A stretch of DNA of 39,011 nt from Gemmatimonadota bacterium (lineage in GTDB: Bacteria > Gemmatimonadota > Gemmatimonadetes > Gemmatimonadales > GWC2-71-9): positions 1 to 39,011 of the forward strand of contig JBDHAB010000038.1 in NCBI GenBank assembly GCA_039588295.1, written 5' to 3'. A program made the translations under genes and the position numbers. How positions within the stretch are numbered: the first letter of the stretch is position 1; each line of letters opens with the position of its first letter. The notes under the pieces are model-generated. The model did no database searches. It saw nothing but the letters and a program-made list of their open reading frames with translations, and was not told the DNA's origin. Positions 1 through 8,060 of the stretch are shown piece by piece.

Positions 1-77
1 TCTCTCGGTGCGCATGTAGAAGTCCCAATTCCCGTCGGTGGCGGGTTTCCGCGTCTCACCATATTCCTTGGTCCGCG

Positions 78-581
78 ATGAGACTTCTACGCTCGGCCCT
101 GCTCGTGATGACCGCGGCCGTGTCCGCGACGGGCTGCGGAAACGAAGTTGGTCCTTCCGTATCGATCTTCGGTACGTATGCGCTCCAGACATTGAATGGG
201 CAGTCGGTCCCGTACGTCGTGCACGTTCTCGGGAACCCCGACGGCACGATGACGAGCACACGCGAGTGCATTGGTGGATCTTTTGGCCTCAACGGCGAAT
301 TCGATACTTGGGTTTCTAGCCTTGCCTACCGCAATACCAACAGGGAGACAAGCACCGGGAACGTAACGGCCGTTGGGTATGATACGTTAACGGACTCCGG
401 TACATTCACCACTAGCAACGGCAGCTTTCAGTTCACACGGGACCCCGGGCTTATGCCAGCAGGATTCTTTCCATCTGCAGGTGAGGTCACAGGATCGGTC
501 TCAGGGGATACTCTCACAATCGTGATCCCACGGGCACAGCCAGCCGTGATAAGAGAGCACGTGATGGTGTTCACGAAGTGA
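78..581 (+). CDS. Hypothetical lipoprotein, beta-rich
   Basis: 167-aa ORF with basic N-terminus, hydrophobic stretch and lipobox-like ATGC; no recognisable catalytic motif; more A/T-ending codons than the core genes. Confidence 0.7.
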   Translation: MRLLRSALLVMTAAVSATGCGNEVGPSVSIFGTYALQTLNGQSVPYVVHVLGNPDGTMTSTRECIGGSFGLNGEFDTWVSSLAYRNTNRETSTGNVTAVGYDTLTDSGTFTTSNGSFQFTRDPGLMPAGFFPSAGEVTGSVSGDTLTIVIPRAQPAVIREHVMVFTK

Positions 582-600
582 TACCCCAGACGTTGGCCCC

Positions 601-627
601 GCGCCGGGCGCTGTCGTCTCTGCCCCG
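601..627 (+). repeat. 27-bp direct repeat, left copy (partner at 5714-5740)
   Basis: GCGCCGGGCGCTGTCGTCTCTGCCCCG vs GCGCCGGGCGGTGTCGTCTCAGCCCCG, 25/27 identical by manual alignment. Confidence 0.85.
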
Positions 628-718
628 AGCGTCACGCGGCGTTCGGGGCGTTCTGGTGCTCAGGGGACACGGCCCGTAGGTTCTGCCATTCCCCTCCAAG
701 GAGCGTGCAATGCGCCGC
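622..718 (+). repeat. Leader repeat copy 1 (short form)
   Basis: GCCCCGAGCGTCACGCGGCGTTCGGGGC hairpin, GGGACACGGCCCGTAGG, CATTCCCCTCCAAGGAG, 6 nt, ATG CGC CGC. About 40 nt shorter in the middle than copies 2 and 3. Confidence 0.9.
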
Positions 719-1228
719 ACGATTCTCCCGCTGATGCTGTTCGCTCCCGTGCCGCTCCTGCCCGCTATGTCGCTTGCCCAACAGACGCAGGTTTACAGGC
801 ACCCGTCCTTGAACATCGCGTTCGAGGCCCCGGAGAACTGGCGACAGGTGCCGCGACCGGAGGATGGACTCATCTACGAGGTCGCCGATCCTGACGATGC
901 CGTCCACGTCGTGCTCTGGTCCACGACAACTGAGCAGGGCGCGGCGGATTACCTCTGGAAGATGGCTGATATGAAGGGCCTGATCGTCCCAGATAGGCCT
1001 ACGCCCACTCGGATCGGGGGCAGTGATGCCTGGGTGCTGAATGTCCCTGGCTATGAACGAAACGCTCCCGTTCGGGAGACTTTGGCCGTGATTCCGCACG
1101 GGAAGTCGGTGGAGTGGCCGAAAGAGAACGTCCTCTTCATCGTGATGATCTGGTGTCCAGAGGAGGACTACGAGCAGCACAAGCAACGCATGGAGGATAT
1201 CCTCGGCAGCGTGCGGATTGTGGAGTGA
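710..1228 (+). CDS. Secreted hypothetical protein (possibly PsbP-like fold)
   Basis: AAGGAG RBS, signal peptide ending SLA-Q; YRHPSLNIAFEAPENW and C-terminal MEDILGSVRI resemble PsbP-like proteins (weak). Confidence 0.75.
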   Translation: MRRTILPLMLFAPVPLLPAMSLAQQTQVYRHPSLNIAFEAPENWRQVPRPEDGLIYEVADPDDAVHVVLWSTTTEQGAADYLWKMADMKGLIVPDRPTPTRIGGSDAWVLNVPGYERNAPVRETLAVIPHGKSVEWPKENVLFIVMIWCPEEDYEQHKQRMEDILGSVRIVE

Positions 1229-1759
1229 GCGCGCAAGAAGAACGTCTTGTACCATGCTGGGGGTGAACCCGCACCTGAAGCTGCCGCGCGCCTGAACACT
1301 GCCGCGTAGCCACAGGTCTCGTAGCGCCACACTTCCCACCGCTCATCCAGCACCCCGCACCGAAGCACAGTTGTAGCGCGTAGCGGCCTCGCGCCCAACA
1401 CGTCATCACGCTGCGCACGGAAGGTGCAGATACGGTCCATCGCGGTCTCCGGTGAAGGGTGCGCGACGGTGGGGCAGAACTCTCAACAACACGTCCACAG
1501 CAACTGAAAAACTCTCAAATCGTGAGAGGCATACCGGACTATTTCACTTTGATTGTGGCATTGCTACGACTCTTGTCAGCAATGGCCCCGTGCCGTAATA
1601 CCCACGACACAAACCGAATCATTCCCGTCGGTGGCCCTCTACGGCGGCGGGGGTACCGGCGGTGGGGGAAGTACAGTCTTCTGGCCACGTCCCCGCGCTC
1701 AGGGGTAGGCGACAACTCGAGTGCTTCTATCGCCGCGGATAAGACCTAAAGAGAGGGAC

Positions 1760-4033
1760 ATGCAGGTGCCAAGGTCGAAGAGCGTCTTGACGATCATGAC
1801 CGCGCTGGCCGTGTTCGCCGCGTGCTCGGAGGAGATGGGTACCGAGCCGGTGCTACCGCCGGTACGGTCGGCTCAACAGATCACATGCCAGGCTGACGTT
1901 CATGCGGGGAGACTGCAGTGCAGTGACCCAGCAGCTGCAGCGATAGAGGGCGGCCCTTTGTACTCTGTGGTTCTTGGAGGACAGGGGACCTATGTCCAAC
2001 TGACGTCGAGCAATGTGAGCTACGACGGCGGCACCGAGATCTTTCAGGCCGACGTGACGGTGCAGAGCCGGCTCGGGCAACTCATGGGCACCCCTGACGG
2101 AACCACCGTGACCGGAATCCGCGTCTTCTTCCATACGGGTCCTACAGTTACGAGCGGCACGGGAACGGTTACGGTGGCAAACGCGGCCGGCGTGGGTACG
2201 TTCACCGGTTCCGGCCAGCCGTACTTCGAGTATGACGAGATCCTTGATGCGTACGCGATATCCGCGCCGCTCACCTGGCAGTGGAATGTGCCGCCGACGG
2301 TAACGATGTTCGAGTTCACGGTCCTGCTCGACACCGACATCCCGGTGCCATCCGGCGTTCTCCAGTGGCATCTTGACCGCCCACCGCCCGCAGGGAGTTG
2401 GGAAATCTGGGGTATGGGTGATGAAGTCTATGCCGTGAGTCAGTATTCTACGAACGCAGTCTTCCAGTTCGATGGAGCCGGTTGGCAGCCGCAATCTCTC
2501 CCTCAATATGCACGTCTCTTGGCCATCTCAGGCAGCTCCTTGGACGACATCATTGCGGTCGGGGAAGACGGTGCGATCGTTCACTATGACGGTACGACGT
2601 GGAGCACCCAGGTGAGTCTCACGTCGGAGGACCTCTACGGAGTGTGGAGCGACTCACCGACGTCCGCTTTCGCAGTCGGGTCGAATGGGGTGATCCTGCG
2701 GTACGACGGAGCGTCCTGGGTACCCCAGACGAGCGGTACGAGCGAGGGGCTCTTGTCGGTCTGGGGCACGTCCCCAACCAACGTCTTCGCTGTTGGAGGC
2801 ACGGGAACGATCCTTCACTTCGATGGAACCTCGTGGACGCCACAGCAGAGTGGCACAACCCTGCCCTTGGGTTCAGTTTGGGGGCTTTCCGCGACAGAGG
2901 TATACGCGGTCGGCGACGACGGCACGTTCCTGCGGTTCGACGGCTCGACATGGACAGATGTGGTGGGCGCGCCCAGTGGGGACAAGTACGATGTCTGGGG
3001 TACCGCCACGGACAACATCTACGTCGCGGGCTCCGGCGTCTGGCACTACGACGGCGCGAGCTGGAGCCAAGTGGTCACAGGAGATGAGGTCGAGACCATC
3101 TGGGGTCTCTCGGCGAGCGATGTGTTCGCACTCGGTGATCACGTACACCATTACGACGGTGCGGGCTGGTCGGTGCAGGAGACGAATCTGGAGTTGCAGG
3201 ACGTGTGGGGCTTCGCCTCGGACGATGTGATCGCGGTTGGATCTGATGGCACGATCCTGCGTTTTGACGGGAACAAATGGACGTCTCAGAGCGCGGGCAC
3301 GACCATGGATCTTGCGAGCGTGTGGGGCTCGTCACCACAGGACATCTTTGCCGTCGGCTCAGGCGGGGGCGGTGCCATCTTCCACCATGACGGGAATACG
3401 TGGACGCCTCAGAACAGCGGGACGACCCAGCCGCTGAACGGGGTCTGGGGCTCGTCCGGTAGCGACGTCTTCGCCGTGGGAGACAACGGCACCATCGTTC
3501 ACTACGACGGAGCGTCATGGACCACCCAGTCGAGCGGCACAGCTGAACATCTAGCTGGGGTTTGGGGAAGCTCCGCCACGGACGTGTTTGCGGTCGGGAA
3601 TCATTACACCATCCTGCACTACGACGGCACGAGTTGGAGTCTTCAGATGACAGTGCCCAGCATTCCCAATCGATTCCACAGCGTCTGGGGCAGCTCCGGA
3701 ACGAATGTGTTTGCTGCGGGATTTGGTCCGGTCATCTCCGGCGGATGGGGCGCCGACATCTATCGATATGATGGGAGTTCCTGGACACAGATGCCCGTCC
3801 CGGCCGCCAGCGGGGAACTGGTCAAGATCCAGGGAACATCTGGAACCGATGTGTTCGCGGTTGGCACGACAGGGAGCGGGGGCTACCTGTTCCACTTCGA
3901 CGGCGGGGTCTGGAGGTTTCACCCTTGGTTCCCCTACTTCTCGAGCTCCATTGGTCTCGGGAGTGCCTGGGGCAGCGGACCGGATGACTGGTTTGTGGTG
4001 GGGCGTTTTGTGATCTTGCACGGCACGCGTTGA
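1760..4033 (+). CDS. Lipoprotein with N-terminal beta domain and 14 VWGxSxxDVFAVG repeats (probable double beta-propeller)
   Basis: GAGAGG precedes ATG at 1760; lipobox FAAC; 14 repeats of about 39 aa counted in the translation. Confidence 0.85.
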   Translation: MQVPRSKSVLTIMTALAVFAACSEEMGTEPVLPPVRSAQQITCQADVHAGRLQCSDPAAAAIEGGPLYSVVLGGQGTYVQLTSSNVSYDGGTEIFQADVTVQSRLGQLMGTPDGTTVTGIRVFFHTGPTVTSGTGTVTVANAAGVGTFTGSGQPYFEYDEILDAYAISAPLTWQWNVPPTVTMFEFTVLLDTDIPVPSGVLQWHLDRPPPAGSWEIWGMGDEVYAVSQYSTNAVFQFDGAGWQPQSLPQYARLLAISGSSLDDIIAVGEDGAIVHYDGTTWSTQVSLTSEDLYGVWSDSPTSAFAVGSNGVILRYDGASWVPQTSGTSEGLLSVWGTSPTNVFAVGGTGTILHFDGTSWTPQQSGTTLPLGSVWGLSATEVYAVGDDGTFLRFDGSTWTDVVGAPSGDKYDVWGTATDNIYVAGSGVWHYDGASWSQVVTGDEVETIWGLSASDVFALGDHVHHYDGAGWSVQETNLELQDVWGFASDDVIAVGSDGTILRFDGNKWTSQSAGTTMDLASVWGSSPQDIFAVGSGGGGAIFHHDGNTWTPQNSGTTQPLNGVWGSSGSDVFAVGDNGTIVHYDGASWTTQSSGTAEHLAGVWGSSATDVFAVGNHYTILHYDGTSWSLQMTVPSIPNRFHSVWGSSGTNVFAAGFGPVISGGWGADIYRYDGSSWTQMPVPAASGELVKIQGTSGTDVFAVGTTGSGGYLFHFDGGVWRFHPWFPYFSSSIGLGSAWGSGPDDWFVVGRFVILHGTR

Positions 4034-4116
4034 CCGAAATGGCCCCGGGGGGCCGCAGGAGGACCGGACCACCGAGACCTACACAGCAGACCGTGAAGTG
4101 CTATTCGGTTCGCAAT

Positions 4117-4252
4117 GCCCCGATGCGTCACGCGGCGTTCGGGGCTTTCCAGCCCGTCCCACCGTCATCTCCGACAACGCCTTCGCTGTTTCTCACGGGA
4201 CACGGCCCGTAAGCTTCTCACATTCCTTTTCAAGGAGGGCGCAGTGCGTCGC
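4117..4252 (+). repeat. Leader repeat copy 2
   Basis: GCCCCGATGCGTCACGCGGCGTTCGGGGC, CATCTCCGACAACGCCTTCGCTGTTTCTCACGGGACACGGCCCGTA, CATTCCTTTTCAAGGAG, 6 nt, GTG CGT CGC. Confidence 0.9.
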
Positions 4253-5089
4253 ATGAGAAGGGTTCTGACCTGCGTTTTGATCGCCGGGTTGTTGTCGACG
4301 ACCGCGAGCGCGCAGGCAGTTCCCGGTCAGGGTGGCGACCAGGCGACCGTATGGTACCTGCGCCATGCAGGATGGGCGGTTCGCCTCGGCGACGCGCTAC
4401 TGGTCTTCGATTACCAGGAGTCGCTTGGGATGGAAGACGTCACGGCCGACACTCCGCGCAATCTCGAGAATGGACTCATCGATCCCGAAGAGATCAGCGA
4501 TCTCGACGTGTTCGTCTTCGTGACGCACGCCCACGGTGACCATTACGACCCCGTCATCTTCGAGTGGCAGGATGAGATCGAGCGCCTCACCTACTTCATT
4601 GGTTGGGAAGAACTCCCGGAGTCACACTGTGAACGGCTCACCGGAGCCGACGCCAACTGTCACACCATGGGGGGGCTGCGGGCTACAGCCGAGGTGGGTG
4701 GCATCGAAGTCTACACGATCGATTCCCACCACAACGATATTCCCGAGGTGGCATACCTGGTCCGTCACGGTGACTGGATGGTGTATCACAACGGCGACTA
4801 CATGGCCGACCACGTGGATGATTACGCCTATCTGAAGACGATCAGCGACCGAATCGACGTGGCGTTCGTGGCTGGACTTCCGGGCCACAGCTGGCCCCAC
4901 TTGGCTCGGGCCGTTCACCTTGCTCGCGAGTTTGATGTACCGGTGCTGTTCCCGATGCACTTCCGCGATCGGGAGATGTGCGAGACGTTCGTCGCCGACG
5001 TGGCAGCGGAGGGTGTGAGCGCCGAGGTCACGTGCCCGACGGCGCGGGGGCAGCGGTTCGTGGTGGCGCAGGGTGGTAGCGGGCGGTAG
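4244..5089 (+). CDS. Secreted MBL-fold metallo-hydrolase
   Basis: THAHGDH (HxHxDH), YLRHAGW, YHNGD and FPMH motifs; signal peptide ending ASA-Q; start placed at GTG 4244 by RBS spacing. Confidence 0.85.
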   Translation: MRRMRRVLTCVLIAGLLSTTASAQAVPGQGGDQATVWYLRHAGWAVRLGDALLVFDYQESLGMEDVTADTPRNLENGLIDPEEISDLDVFVFVTHAHGDHYDPVIFEWQDEIERLTYFIGWEELPESHCERLTGADANCHTMGGLRATAEVGGIEVYTIDSHHNDIPEVAYLVRHGDWMVYHNGDYMADHVDDYAYLKTISDRIDVAFVAGLPGHSWPHLARAVHLAREFDVPVLFPMHFRDREMCETFVADVAAEGVSAEVTCPTARGQRFVVAQGGSGR

Positions 5090-5129
5090 GGCGAACCGGC
5101 AGTGGACGGTGGGAAAAGTGGTGGGACTG

Positions 5130-5267
5130 GCCCCGAGCGTCACGCGGCACTCGGGGCGTTCGATTCGGCCACACCTGACACCATCTCCGACAACTCCTTC
5201 TCTGTTTCGCACGGGACACGGCCCGTAGGTTGGGCCATTCCCCTCCAAGGAGGCCCTCATGCGTCGC
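5130..5267 (+). repeat. Leader repeat copy 3
   Basis: GCCCCGAGCGTCACGCGGCACTCGGGGC, CATCTCCGACAACTCCTTCTCTGTTTCGCACGGGACACGGCCCGTAGG, CATTCCCCTCCAAGGAG, 6 nt, ATG CGT CGC. Confidence 0.9.
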
Positions 5268-5675
5268 ATCAGTATCTGTGCTGCTCTCGTCGCCCTCTTG
5301 GCTTCCACCTACGCAGTCGCCCAAGCGCAGACGCTCGTCCTCCAGCAGAACAAGTGCGATATGGGGAAGGTCGGTGAGATTCGCGCCTTCGTCGACTCCG
5401 CATTCGTGCCAATCGCACAGGAGCTTGTCAACGAGGGCAAGATCATGGGATTTCACTCGGCGTTTCACTCCTGGGGCGATGAGTGGAACGTGGTGTACAT
5501 CTACGTGGCCGAGGACATCCCGGCATTCCTCAGCGCATTTGGGGAGGTGTTCTCCCGTATGGTGGAGCGGTATCCCGAAGCCATGCCGATGATGCGGGAC
5601 TGGTGCTTCGAGCACAAAGACAGCTTCCTTAGCATGGGGAAGATGACGGAGCACCCGCCAGCGCCCGACCGCTAG
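5259..5675 (+). CDS. Small secreted hypothetical protein (possibly NIPSNAP-like alpha/beta barrel)
   Basis: AAGGAGG RBS, signal peptide ending AQA; HSWGDEWNVVYIY and CFEHKD segments; two cysteines in the mature part. Confidence 0.75.
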   Translation: MRRISICAALVALLASTYAVAQAQTLVLQQNKCDMGKVGEIRAFVDSAFVPIAQELVNEGKIMGFHSAFHSWGDEWNVVYIYVAEDIPAFLSAFGEVFSRMVERYPEAMPMMRDWCFEHKDSFLSMGKMTEHPPAPDR

Positions 5676-5696
5676 CACTCGCTCGGAATCAGCTAT

Positions 5697-5728
5697 GGCA
5701 CCGCCCGGCCTCTGCGCCGGGCGGTGTC
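5697..5728. terminator. 13-bp GC stem-loop between convergent genes, probable terminator
   Basis: GGCACCGCCCGGC-CTCTGC-GCCGGGCGGTGTC (one G-T pair); no long T tract. Confidence 0.6.
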
Positions 5729-5740
5729 GTCTCAGCCCCG
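5714..5740 (+). repeat. 27-bp direct repeat, right copy
   Basis: Matches 601-627; similarity to the leader stops right after GCCCCG. Confidence 0.85.
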
Positions 5741-5796
5741 CGCCCACTGGTGCGGAACGTTGCGCGAGTCTGGGATGCTGACCTCGGAATCGCCGC

Positions 5797-6324
5797 TCAG
5801 GTGGTCTTCACGTACAGGAACACATCCTGAGCGTCATCACTGAGGTTCGGGAAGGTCATGTACTGCCGCAGCCGCGCCTCCCGCTCCATCCCCGCCTTCT
5901 CCAGCGCACGAGCGGACGCGCGGTTGTCCACGTGACAGCAGGCCTGGAGGCGGACGATGCCCGGGAGGGAGAGGCCGAACTCAACGACCGCGGTCGCCGC
6001 CTCGGTGCCGTAGCCCTGGCTCCAGTACTCTCGCGCAATATTGAATCCGAACTCAGCACGGGGCGGTGTGACCCGTAAGTGCATGGCGCCGATCAGTGTT
6101 CCGTCAGCAGCGAGCGTGATAACCCACGGGTACCCGTCCTCCGCACTGTGCGAGCAGAAATGCTCGAGGAATTGGTGCGTCTCGTCTATCGAGTGATGGG
6201 GGGTCCAGCAGACGTAGCGCGCGACCTCCGGATCCCGTGCGTAGCCGTCGTAGATCGCAACCGCGTCCTCGCGTCGCGGGGGGCGGAGAACCAGACGTCG
6301 GGTGGTCAGGGAGTTGAGCGGCAC
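5797..6324 (-). CDS. GNAT N-acetyltransferase, RimJ/RimL family
   Basis: LTTRRLVLRP, YWSQGYGTEAA and NRASARALEKAGM motifs; GTG start chosen to avoid overlap with the upstream gene. Confidence 0.9.
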   Translation of the reverse strand: MPLNSLTTRRLVLRPPRREDAVAIYDGYARDPEVARYVCWTPHHSIDETHQFLEHFCSHSAEDGYPWVITLAADGTLIGAMHLRVTPPRAEFGFNIAREYWSQGYGTEAATAVVEFGLSLPGIVRLQACCHVDNRASARALEKAGMEREARLRQYMTFPNLSDDAQDVFLYVKTT

Positions 6325-6340
6325 GCCGGTCCGCCAGCTG

Positions 6341-6880
6341 CTAGCCGATGGACGGAGGCTGCCCCGGAACGGCGACGAACGAGCCACGCACCGTGAACGA
6401 GTCCGGGACCCCTGCCGATGACGAGACCACGGTCACCATGAACGAGAACTCGCCGGAGAGTCGCGTGTTGCTGGAGCCGGTGATCGTGAGTGTCCCCGAC
6501 TCGGATGCAAAGAACCCGAACAGGCCGTCGGGACGTTGGAACACGTAGCCGCCGTCAAAATCCTCGGGATCGCAGTTGGCGCACTGGCCGGACACGATCG
6601 TGTACGTGCCCACCGACGGTCGTTGCGCCAAGAAGCGGGCTATCACGACCACGTCCACGTCGAGCGAACTGATCTCGCCGTCCTGCAACGCAATGACGAA
6701 CCCTTGCTGTCCTTGCTGATCTTGGACCGCGAACACCGCAGTACCCTGAAGCGACAGGCCGAGACGCGTGACGGTTGCCGTAAACGACCCTTGGGAGCCT
6801 GGTGGGGGCGGGGCGGTCCCGTCACCGCATGCCAGGCCGATACCGACCATTGCCAACGCGAAGCCCGCAAATCTCCTCAT
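6341..6880 (-). CDS. Hypothetical lipoprotein
   Basis: MRR N-terminus, lipobox GLAC, proline linker, beta-rich body with CxxC. Confidence 0.75.
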   Translation of the reverse strand: MRRFAGFALAMVGIGLACGDGTAPPPPGSQGSFTATVTRLGLSLQGTAVFAVQDQQGQQGFVIALQDGEISSLDVDVVVIARFLAQRPSVGTYTIVSGQCANCDPEDFDGGYVFQRPDGLFGFFASESGTLTITGSSNTRLSGEFSFMVTVVSSSAGVPDSFTVRGSFVAVPGQPPSIG

Positions 6881-6911
6881 GCCGACGCTTCCTCGATCGC
6901 GAGTGGGCCAG

Positions 6912-7673
6912 TCACTGCTGCAGAAACCGCCCCACCGCGTGTTTGAAATCGGGCGTCGCCCGCGCCACGGCGTTCACCTTGGCACCGAGCGCGACGGCGT
7001 CCGCAAACTTCATCCCGTCTATCTCATACAACTGCCGCTTGATGAACGCGAGGGCCGACACGCTGCGGGATGCCAGCTGTCGAACTACCTCACTGGTCTC
7101 CGCGGCGAAGCCATCATCGGGCAGCACGCGCGAGACGATCCCCAGCGCCCGTGCTTCCCCCGCACTCAGTAATCTACCGGTGCCTACGAGGTCGAACGCC
7201 ACTTTCTCCCCGACGGCACGGCGCAGCATGGCCATCACCATCGCGGGGACAAAACCTCGGCCGACTTCAGGATAGCCGAACGTGGCCCGCTCGTGCGCCA
7301 GTACGAGGTCGCACGCCGTCACGAGCCCGCAGCCGCCGGCCAGCGCCCTGCCCTGCACCACCGCGACGACCGGCTTGGGCAACCCTCGCAGGCGGATGAA
7401 GACCTCACCGAGCCGCATCGCCTCCGCTTCATTCTCGCCGAGCGACCGGTCGGCGGAGGCAAGAAGTTCCGCCAGGTCGGCCCCGGCGCAGAAATCCTTC
7501 CCGGCACCGCGTAACGCCACGACGCGTACCGTGGCATCCAACTCGGCTCGTTGCAGCGCCTCGAGCAATGCGGCGACCATCAGCTGGTCGATGGCGTTTC
7601 GCTTCTCGGGACGGTTGAGCGTGAGCCACAACACGCCGTCCGTTGCCTCGGCCGTCAGCCGTTCAGTCGGCAC
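6912..7673 (-). CDS. Enoyl-CoA hydratase/isomerase (crotonase), methylglutaconyl-CoA hydratase-like
   Basis: LNRPEKRNA, FCAGADL, ALAGGCGLVTACD, FGYPEV motifs. Confidence 0.9.
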   Translation of the reverse strand: MPTERLTAEATDGVLWLTLNRPEKRNAIDQLMVAALLEALQRAELDATVRVVALRGAGKDFCAGADLAELLASADRSLGENEAEAMRLGEVFIRLRGLPKPVVAVVQGRALAGGCGLVTACDLVLAHERATFGYPEVGRGFVPAMVMAMLRRAVGEKVAFDLVGTGRLLSAGEARALGIVSRVLPDDGFAAETSEVVRQLASRSVSALAFIKRQLYEIDGMKFADAVALGAKVNAVARATPDFKHAVGRFLQQ

Positions 7674-8040
7674 GGAGTCCTCGTGGTACCGGTATCTCCA
7701 TGCGCAACAGCGCCGTGGAGAACACCTTTCCCTGTGCGTCGGTCTTGAGCGACAGGGTACCGCCCCCGCCGAGCGCGCCGTGCAACAGGAAATTCAACGC
7801 GTTCAGGTTGGGCAGTTCATACCGCTCGACGCCGCCCGTGATGATCCCGCGGAAGTGGCGCGCTACACGCCGCGCCGTCACCTCGCGTTCCAGCACCGGA
7901 TAGTACTCCGGCTCGAGCGCAATGAGGCCGACGTTTGCAGTATCGCCTTTGTCACCACTCCGGGCGTGCGCCAGCCGAACGAGCTGCACCATCCGGGCCT
8001 TGCTGTCGGAAGTCTTCCGCCGGGCGGCCTTTCTACCCAT
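7663..8040 (-). CDS. AtuA C-terminal-like small protein
   Basis: LAHARSGDKGDTANVG, VERYELPNLNALNF and LGGGGTLSLKTDAQGK are characteristic of the AtuA C-terminal domain. Confidence 0.85.
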   Translation of the reverse strand: MGRKAARRKTSDSKARMVQLVRLAHARSGDKGDTANVGLIALEPEYYPVLEREVTARRVARHFRGIITGGVERYELPNLNALNFLLHGALGGGGTLSLKTDAQGKVFSTALLRMEIPVPRGLRAD

Positions 8041-8060
8041 GAACGATCAGTCCCCTCGCG

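Noticed and set aside
666..675. GACACGGCCC resembles a 16S rRNA segment
   Set aside because: Only 10 nt; flanks show no rRNA similarity.
2400..4030. Recurring TACGACGG and GTCTGGGG nucleotide motifs as a DNA repeat or DGR
   Set aside because: Explained by protein repeats; no reverse transcriptase or adenine-specific TR/VR pair.
622..5267. CRISPR array
   Set aside because: Repeats are long, degenerate and separated by whole genes; no cas genes.
582..5740. Classical integron attC array
   Set aside because: No paired RYYYAAC/GTTRRRY boxes around the repeats and no intI; fragments such as GTGAACCCGCACCTGAAGCTG (about 1263) and GCGAACCGGCAGTGGA (about 5090) resemble only a left half.
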